Origin: an uncultured Planctomycetia bacterium
GTDB taxonomy: Bacteria > Omnitrophota > Gorgyraeia > 2-02-FULL-51-18
Length of the DNA: 35,010 nt
Assembly (NCBI GenBank): GCA_964447745.1
Contig: CAYUTV010000002.1
Location: forward strand, 1 to 35,010
Direction: 5' to 3'
The translations under genes were made by a program, and so were the position numbers. Position 1 is the stretch's first letter. Each line of letters opens with the position of its first letter. This document shows, piece by piece, positions 27,839 to 35,010 of the stretch. Under the pieces are notes generated by a model, which saw nothing but the letters and a program-made list of their open reading frames with translations, was not told the origin of the DNA and did not search any database.

Positions 27839-28946
27839 GCTTCAGGACTTCTTCGGCGGCGCGCAGGGTGGCGCCTTTCTTTCCTAGTTTATCGCTTACC
27901 GTGGCCAGATCTTTCTTCATTTGCTCGAGGGCTTTTTTGTCCTGAAGCAAATGCAGGGCCGTTTTGGCGATCTTTTCGGGTGTGGCCTCATACTGCAAAA
28001 GTTCCGGGAACCGTCTCCGCTGTAAAACAAGATTGGGCAGTCCCAAGTGGGGGACCTTGACCATGCGTTTGGCGGCCTGATAAGTGATCCACGTACCCTT
28101 GTATGAAATGATCATGGGCGCTTGCAGAATCGCGCATTCCAGCGTGGCCGTGCCCGAGCAGACGATCGCCAGATCACTCGCCTTAATCACTCCGTACGAA
28201 TTCTCCTCGATTAGGCGGACATTCGGGTGTTTTGTCCCAAGAAACTGTTTGTAATAAGACGAAGGAAACGTAGGAGCTTTCATCAGACCAAACTGAATTC
28301 CGGGAATCTTGGCCGTCATGATTTGGGAAGCTTCCAGAAATGTCTTCAAGAGAAGCTTCAGCTCTCCCTTGCGGGAGCCGGGTAGCAGGGAGACAAACGG
28401 ACGCCCCGTGATCTGAGCGCTGTCCACGGCGACGTTTTCCAAAAGGTCCTTCAGCGGGTGGCCCACGCATTCTACCGCCACCCCGTGATCCTCAAAAATC
28501 TGTTTCTCAAATTCAAACACGACAAGAACTTTTTTGAAGAACTTGCGGATTTTATGAATTCTCTTTGTACCCCACGCCCATACTTGCGGCGCGATGAAAT
28601 ATACGAGAGGGATGTTGAGATCCTGCAGTTTTTCGGCGAGATGAAGGTTGAATCCCGGATTGTCTATGAAGACGATGATATCGGGTTGAACGCGCCGTAC
28701 ACTTGCCAGAATCACGCGTGATGCCTCGCGGTATTGGGGCAGGCGCTTGATCGCGTCGGTGATGCCCGTGACGTGAAAATGCGCCAGATCGTAAAATTCA
28801 CCGGCTCCGGTCGCCTTGATCCGGTCACCGCCCACGCCGTAAATCTCAAAAGGCCCTTTGCCGGAACGGCGAATGGCTTCGATGAGATTGGCGCCGTGTA
28901 AGTCGCCGGAGGCCTCACCGGCAATGACGAAGATTTTCTTGGACAT
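27828..28946 (-). CDS. lpxB: Lipid-A-disaccharide synthase
   Basis: 372 aa. KIFVIAGEASGDLHGANLI is the canonical LpxB N-terminus. The 3' end overlaps the glnA 3' end by 11 nt (convergent). Confidence 0.92.
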   Translation of the reverse strand: MSKKIFVIAGEASGDLHGANLIEAIRRSGKGPFEIYGVGGDRIKATGAGEFYDLAHFHVTGITDAIKRLPQYREASRVILASVRRVQPDIIVFIDNPGFNLHLAEKLQDLNIPLVYFIAPQVWAWGTKRIHKIRKFFKKVLVVFEFEKQIFEDHGVAVECVGHPLKDLLENVAVDSAQITGRPFVSLLPGSRKGELKLLLKTFLEASQIMTAKIPGIQFGLMKAPTFPSSYYKQFLGTKHPNVRLIEENSYGVIKASDLAIVCSGTATLECAILQAPMIISYKGTWITYQAAKRMVKVPHLGLPNLVLQRRRFPELLQYEATPEKIAKTALHLLQDKKALEQMKKDLATVSDKLGKKGATLRAAEEVLKLIK

Positions 28947-28959
28947 GGCGAAACCCTCT

Positions 28960-29886
28960 TTAACGGGGCTGTTCGTCGCGAATTTGTTGGGATACGCGCA
29001 GTGCGAGTGCCAGCGCGTCGCGGCCCTCCTGGCCCGAGACGAGCGGACGTTTACCGCTGCGCACGCATTCGACGAAATCGGTGAGTTCTTCCTTCAGCGA
29101 ATCGGTTTTCGTGATATCGATCTTCTTGTGATGGATACCGGTGATGTCTTTGGTGTAGATCTGAGCCTCCTGCGTCACATAATCGAGGGAAATATATGCA
29201 TTATCTTGGAAGATCCGGATTTTACGAACGACTTCGGGTGTGACGCGGCTCGCCGTGAGGTCGCACACACAGTTATTTTCAAAACGGATCCTGGTATTTG
29301 CGATATCTTCGGTTTTTGACAGGATAAAGGCGCCGACGGAGTCCACCGATTTAATCGGCGACTTCACGAGATCCAAAACGATGTCGATATCGTGGATCAT
29401 GAGGTCCAGAGTCACGCCCGTATCCGCGACCCTCGGGTCGTAGGGGCCCAGGCGATGCGATTCAATGAACCGCGGGTTCTTGATGATTCCCTTGATGGTG
29501 CGAATGGCGGAATTAAAACGCTCTATATGCCCGACTTGGAGGATCAAACTCTTCTCTTTGGCGAGCTCTAGCAGATCATCGGCATGATCCAGCGTGGTCG
29601 TAATGGGTTTTTCGACCAACAAGTGCACATTGTGGTTCATGAAATCTTTGGAGATGGCATGATGTAAATGGGAGGGTACGACGATACTCGCGGCCTCCGC
29701 GATGGTCAAAAGTTCCCGGTAGTCCTTGAAGGCTTTTGTTTTGTGCTCGCGGGCGATATCCTGGGCTCTCTGTTCCTGAGTGTCGCAGACTCCGACGAGC
29801 TCAACATGGGGCATTTTGGCGTACTGCGCGGCATGGCGGGAGCCCAGTTTTCCTGTGCCGATGACAGCGACTTTAAGTGGTTTCAT
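28960..29886 (-). CDS. Gfo/Idh/MocA-family NAD(P)-dependent oxidoreductase (GnnA-like candidate)
   Basis: It has the Rossmann N-terminus MKPLKVAVIGTGKLGSRHA and the EKP motif (HLLVEKPI). I use the internal start at 29886 (308 aa). The tracked start at 29961 would overlap msbA and adds a non-conserved leader. It is co-oriented with lpxB, 13 nt upstream of it. Confidence 0.85.
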   Translation of the reverse strand: MKPLKVAVIGTGKLGSRHAAQYAKMPHVELVGVCDTQEQRAQDIAREHKTKAFKDYRELLTIAEAASIVVPSHLHHAISKDFMNHNVHLLVEKPITTTLDHADDLLELAKEKSLILQVGHIERFNSAIRTIKGIIKNPRFIESHRLGPYDPRVADTGVTLDLMIHDIDIVLDLVKSPIKSVDSVGAFILSKTEDIANTRIRFENNCVCDLTASRVTPEVVRKIRIFQDNAYISLDYVTQEAQIYTKDITGIHHKKIDITKTDSLKEELTDFVECVRSGKRPLVSGQEGRDALALALRVSQQIRDEQPR

Positions 29887-29913
29887 CGCCGCATATTGTA
29901 GCTCAGCCGACCC

Positions 29914-29942
29914 TTGCTTACAAGATAAAGGAATGCTATGAT
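29914..29942 (+). promoter_or_regulatory. Candidate promoter TTGCTT-N17-TATGAT directly upstream of msbA
   Basis: The hexamers are at 29914..29919 and 29937..29942. Only 11 nt separate the -10 from the msbA ATG, and no Shine-Dalgarno sequence is visible. Confidence 0.3.
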
Positions 29943-29953
29943 CACCTGAGTTT

Positions 29954-31768
29954 ATGCACAATTACCGAAGAATGATCGCGTTTACGGGGCCCCATCTGGG
30001 TCTCCTGGGCCTGGCCTTCCTGGCCATGGTCTTCAATTCCATGCTGGCTACTTTGCCTGTGATAGGCCTGGTTATCCCATTCGTGGATACCGTGTTGGCC
30101 GGCAAAACCATCGTCATTCCTCATCAGGATCAGCTGCCGGCTTTCGTGGTGAATTTTATCGAAAGCATCAATTCCTTTTCACGCTGGCGTTTATTAAATT
30201 TCGTCATTATTTGGACGATTATCCTGTCCTTTTTTAGACTTGTTTCCGAGTATTTTCAGTCGATTCTCATGAACGACGTCAGTCAGCGCGTGATCCGGGA
30301 TGTGCGCAACATGGTCTATGAGAAGATCATCGGTTTGCCTCTGAGTTTTTACGGGAGGTCTCAGACCGGTGCGTTGGTATCCCGCATCACTTATGATACG
30401 GGCGTGATTCGCGACGCGATCTCCGAAGGGCTGACTGATTTTCTTTTTCAACCGATTCAGATTTTAGTGAACATCGCGGCACTGCTGGTGGTCCGTTATA
30501 TTTTCGATATTCCTTGGTCTTTGGTTCTGATCATTTTCGTGCTTCTTCCGCTCGTGATTTATCCCGTTTTGCAGGTCGGCCGGCGGCTCAAAAAGATCAG
30601 CCGCAGCGCTCAGGAGCAGATCGCCGATATTAATTCTACGCTTTTTGAAACGATCTCCGGCATCCGTATCGTTCAGGGTTTCGGCATGGAGAAATATGAA
30701 ACGGATCGTTTTAAGCACCAGAATCAAAAATTGTATAAGACAATGATGCTCTCGATCAGCCGCATGATAGTTGTTAGCCCTCTGACGGAATTCATAGGTG
30801 TTTGCTGTCTGGGAGTTGTTTTATGGTTCGGCGGCAAGGAAGTCATCGACAAACAGATGTCGCCGGGCGCATTCATCGCGTTTCTCGTGGCCCTTTTCTC
30901 ACTTCTGCGACCCTTCAAGCGCCTGAGCCGGGTTTATGGCATCGCCCAGCATGCGTTGGCCGCAGCCGAGAGAATCTTTGACACATTGGATACACCCAAT
31001 GAGATTAAAGAGAAGCCGAATGCGCCGTTACTCGCGCCGTTTAAATCGGAGATAGAATTTAAGAATGTTTCTTTCGGATACGGCGAAAAAATCGTTTTAA
31101 ATAACATTCAACTGAAGGTCAAAGCCGGCGAGATCATCGCATTGGTGGGTCCGAGCGGCGTGGGTAAGACGAGTCTCGTGAATTTGCTGCCGAGATTTTA
31201 TGATCCCGTCAAAGGAGAAGTGATTGTTGACGGGAAAGATATACGCCACGTTGCGCTGGGCTCTCTCCGCGACCAGATCGGGATCGTCACGCAGGAAACT
31301 ATTCTCTTTAACGATACGGTAGCCGCGAATATCGCTTATGGCCGCTCAAAAACGCCTCAGAGCGATATCGAGCACGCTGCGCGTATCGCGAACGCCCACG
31401 AGTTTATTTCCAGGATGCCTATGGGTTATCAGACCGTCATTGGTGACCGGGGAGTACGCCTGTCGGGCGGAGAACGCCAGCGGCTTTCCATTGCGCGCGC
31501 GGTTTTAAAAAATCCCCCTATACTGGTTCTGGACGAAGCGACTTCCGCCTTGGACTCGGAGTCTGAGGCGTTAGTTCAGGACGCCATTCATAAGCTTATG
31601 AAAGGCCGAACGGTGCTTGTCATCGCGCATCGCCTTTCTACCATCAAAGATGCCCACCGAATCGTCGTGTTGCAGGAGGGCGGCATCGCCGAAAGCGGAA
31701 ATCATGACGAACTTTTGGGCAAAAATGGCCTCTATAAGCACCTTTACGAGCTCCAATTCAGGGCCTGA
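29954..31768 (+). CDS. msbA: Lipid A export ABC transporter (permease-ATPase fusion), MsbA-like
   Basis: 604 aa. A six-TM ABC exporter domain is followed by Walker A GPSGVGKTS, signature LSGGERQRLSIARA and Walker B ILVLDEATSALD. It lies in the lipid A gene neighbourhood. Confidence 0.85.
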   Translation: MHNYRRMIAFTGPHLGLLGLAFLAMVFNSMLATLPVIGLVIPFVDTVLAGKTIVIPHQDQLPAFVVNFIESINSFSRWRLLNFVIIWTIILSFFRLVSEYFQSILMNDVSQRVIRDVRNMVYEKIIGLPLSFYGRSQTGALVSRITYDTGVIRDAISEGLTDFLFQPIQILVNIAALLVVRYIFDIPWSLVLIIFVLLPLVIYPVLQVGRRLKKISRSAQEQIADINSTLFETISGIRIVQGFGMEKYETDRFKHQNQKLYKTMMLSISRMIVVSPLTEFIGVCCLGVVLWFGGKEVIDKQMSPGAFIAFLVALFSLLRPFKRLSRVYGIAQHALAAAERIFDTLDTPNEIKEKPNAPLLAPFKSEIEFKNVSFGYGEKIVLNNIQLKVKAGEIIALVGPSGVGKTSLVNLLPRFYDPVKGEVIVDGKDIRHVALGSLRDQIGIVTQETILFNDTVAANIAYGRSKTPQSDIEHAARIANAHEFISRMPMGYQTVIGDRGVRLSGGERQRLSIARAVLKNPPILVLDEATSALDSESEALVQDAIHKLMKGRTVLVIAHRLSTIKDAHRIVVLQEGGIAESGNHDELLGKNGLYKHLYELQFRA

Positions 31769-31788
31769 TTTCCACGCCAAACTAATCC

Positions 31789-31816
31789 TTGCCTGGCATT
31801 AAAACTCTGGTATAAT
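31789..31816 (+). promoter_or_regulatory. Candidate strong sigma70 promoter with extended -10 (TTGCCT-N16-TGgTATAAT) for rpsB-tsf-pyrH-frr
   Basis: TTGCCT is at 31789..31794, TG at 31808..31809 and a consensus TATAAT at 31811..31816. It is the best promoter-like match in the window. Confidence 0.5.
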
Positions 31817-32000
31817 AAGGGCTTTCAAATTGTGGCTATCCCTTTATCCATGGGGATTTAGGGAGTTTTTGAACGGAAGGGTTTTGCCGCTTAGTGCGCA
31901 TAGCCACCGTAAGCAGGCAAAACGGGAATAACGGGAAACCGTACGTAAGACTATATTCTACATATAGTTACGCGTTCCTAAAAACATAAAGGAGTCGACC
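31817..32000 (+). promoter_or_regulatory. Structured ~180-nt 5' leader of rpsB (candidate ribosomal-protein autoregulatory RNA)
   Basis: Complementary segments found by eye are as follows. GTGGCTAT (31832..31839) pairs with ATAGCCAC (31900..31907). TTTGCCGCTTA (31883..31893) pairs with TAAGCaGGCAAA (31910..31921), which encloses the second arm of the first pair, a pseudoknot-like topology. ACGG-GAAA-CCGT is at 31931..31942. CTATAT-tctac-ATATAG is at 31951..31967. The SD AAAGGAG is at 31988..31994, followed by the TTG start. Confidence 0.35.
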
Positions 32001-32744
32001 TTGTCTAAAGAATTAACCCAGAATCTGCTCGAAGCGGGTGTCCATTTCGGTCACCAGACCAAAAAATGGAACCCCAAAATGAAGCCCTTCATTTTTGGCG
32101 AAAAGAGCGGCATTTACATCATTAATCTCGAAAAAACTGCCGAACATCTGACACGCGCATGTAACTTCATCCGCGATATCGCCGCGAAGGGCGATCCCAT
32201 ACTCTACGTCGGTACAAAACCCCAGGCTCAGGCCATTATCGAAGAATTCGCCAAAAAAGCCGGAATGTACTACGTAAACAACCGCTGGTTGGGCGGTATG
32301 TTGACCAATTATTCTACGATCCGCAACAGCGTTCGCCGCTACAAGAGCTTGATTCTCATGAGAGAAGACGGCACGTTTGAAGCGCTGACGAAAAAAGAAG
32401 TCGCGGAACTGGAAAAGGAAATTGATAAACTCGAAAAGAACCTCATCGGCGTGGCAGAAATGACGCGTCTACCGGGTGCGATGTTTGTCATCGACGCCAA
32501 GAAGGAAGAAATCGCGGTCAAAGAAGCCAATCGTTTGGGCATTCCCGTCATCGCGATTGTCGATACGGATTCCGATCCGGATCTCGTGCAGTATCCGATT
32601 CCGGGCAATGACGATGCGATCCGTTCCATCAAACTGATCACCAGTATTCTGACGGAGAGCCTGATGGAAGGCCTTCAAAAAGTTAAACGCAATGTTGCTT
32701 CCAACGACAAAGCCATGGCTGAAGCCGTTGCAGGGAAGGAGTAA
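32001..32744 (+). CDS. rpsB: 30S ribosomal protein S2
   Basis: 247 aa with [22 protein letters not shown] start is preceded by AAAGGAG. Confidence 0.95.
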   Translation: MSKELTQNLLEAGVHFGHQTKKWNPKMKPFIFGEKSGIYIINLEKTAEHLTRACNFIRDIAAKGDPILYVGTKPQAQAIIEEFAKKAGMYYVNNRWLGGMLTNYSTIRNSVRRYKSLILMREDGTFEALTKKEVAELEKEIDKLEKNLIGVAEMTRLPGAMFVIDAKKEEIAVKEANRLGIPVIAIVDTDSDPDLVQYPIPGNDDAIRSIKLITSILTESLMEGLQKVKRNVASNDKAMAEAVAGKE

Positions 32745-32745
32745 C

Positions 32746-34297
<1,552 letters not shown>

Positions 34298-34298
<1 letters not shown>

Positions 34299-34861
34299 TG
34301 GACACAGCCAAAGCGATTCTTCACGACTCCGAAGAAAAGATGAAGCGTTCGCTCGATTCTCTGGGGCACCAGTACGCCGCGATCCGCTCAGGCCGCGCCA
34401 ATCCTGCGATGGTCGATCATTTGAAGATCGATTATTACGGAGCGATGACTCCGCTGAAACAGATGGCCAACATTTCCGTGCCCGAGCCCAAATCGCTCGT
34501 GATCATGCCTTGGGACGCCTCTGCGATCAAGTTTATTGAAAAGGCAATCCTCGAATCAGATCTGGGAATCAATCCCATTGTAGACGGCAAGGGTATTCGG
34601 CTCGTGGTCCCCACGCTGACGCGTGAACGCCGCGAAGAATTGGCCAAGATCGCGGCCAAACTCGCCGAAGAAATGCGCGTGAGTCTTCGCAGTATACGCC
34701 GGGAAGCCAACGAGCACGCCAAGAAGATCGAGAAAGAGAAGAAGATCACGGAAGACGAGAGCTTCAAGCTCCAGTCCGAAATCCAAAAGCTCACCGATCG
34801 TTACATCCTGCTCGTCGATCAAGCCCAAAGCCAAAAAGAAAAAGAACTGTCACAGATTTAA
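34298..34861 (+). CDS. frr: Ribosome recycling factor
   Basis: 187 aa. The Frr-like sequence includes IRSGRANPAMVDHLKIDYYG and VPTLTRERREEL. The ATG overlaps the pyrH TAA by 1 nt. Confidence 0.95.
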
Positions 34862-34874
34862 TTTTTTGTTTTTC

Positions 34875-34947
34875 GAGCCGATAGCTCAGTTGGTAGAGCA
34901 TCGCCCTTTTAAGGCGAGTGTCGAGAGTTCGATCCTCTCTCGGCTCA
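34875..34947 (+). tRNA. tRNA-Lys (anticodon UUU)
   Basis: The acceptor stem is GAGCCGA/TCGGCTC and the D-arm is AGCTCAGTTGGTAGAGC. The anticodon loop is CTTTTAA. The T-arm is GAGAG-TTCGATC-CTCTC. The discriminator is A, no CCA is encoded, and TTTTTT follows. Confidence 0.9.
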
Positions 34948-34984
34948 TTTTTTATGATGGTGGGGTTTTTTGAAATTCTCGGTG

Positions 34985-35010
34985 AAAAAATGAGCCGAGA
35001 GAGGATCGAG
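34985..35010 (-). repeat. Inverted copy of the tRNA-Lys 3' end plus its T-run, cut by the window edge (second tRNA or tRNA fragment)
   Basis: Bases 34985..35009 are the exact reverse complement of 34929..34953, covering most of the T-loop, the T-stem, the acceptor 3' strand, the discriminator and TTTTTT. The match breaks at 35010, which would put C at tRNA position 54. Confidence 0.3.

Noticed and set aside
31830-31990. Whether the rpsB upstream region encodes a stand-alone ncRNA such as SRP/4.5S RNA, 6S RNA or a known riboswitch.
   Set aside because: GGAA and AGCAGGC strings occur but are about 40 nt apart, not in the tight GGAA-tetraloop/AGCA arrangement of SRP domain IV. I could not recognise any riboswitch core motif. 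The position directly between a promoter and the rpsB SD fits a cis-acting leader better.

Overview
This 35 kb window is a compact block of core housekeeping genes from a diderm (LPS-making) bacterium, about 50% GC by eye. I cannot assign the lineage from sequence alone. I support 43 protein genes, two complete tRNAs (Gln-UUG, Lys-UUU) and a few candidate regulatory elements.

Gene content, in order:
- A tightly overlapping + strand operon: purM(partial)-purD-purE-LMW phosphatase-rpiB-glyA-nrdR.
- A convergent PpiD/SurA-like chaperone.
- hisG, an untracked 29-codon bS22-like ORF, a short FtsH and an orphan lipoprotein.
- ispE-tRNAGln-clpX-glmU-prs-rplY-pth-rpsF-ssb-rpsR-rplI-dnaB.
- An outer-membrane/lipid A cluster: bamA-skp-lpxD-lpxC-fabZ-lpxA-lpxI.
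- An atypical OmpR-type regulator plus glnA.
- lpxB and a Gfo/Idh/MocA oxidoreductase on the - strand, then msbA.
- rpsB-tsf-pyrH-frr-tRNALys.

Several blocks mirror Bacillus-type synteny (ywlE-rpiB-glyA; glmU-prs-ctc-pth; rpsF-ssb-rpsR...rplI-dnaB) even though the organism carries an LPS pathway.

I see no CRISPR array, transposase, integrase, phage gene, toxin-antitoxin pair or recognisable defence island, and I cannot honestly point to a novel multi-gene system. The items worth a second look are small-scale:
- A pseudo-receiver response regulator coupled to glnA.
- An orphan lipoprotein in the position LolB holds in E. coli (upstream of ispE).
- The unannotated bS22-like micro-ORF.
- Structured leaders upstream of hisG and rpsB.
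- A GnnA-like oxidoreductase in the lipid A cluster.
- A 25-nt inverted copy of the tRNA-Lys 3' end at the window edge.

All functional calls come from motif recognition by eye. No searches or folding computations were run.
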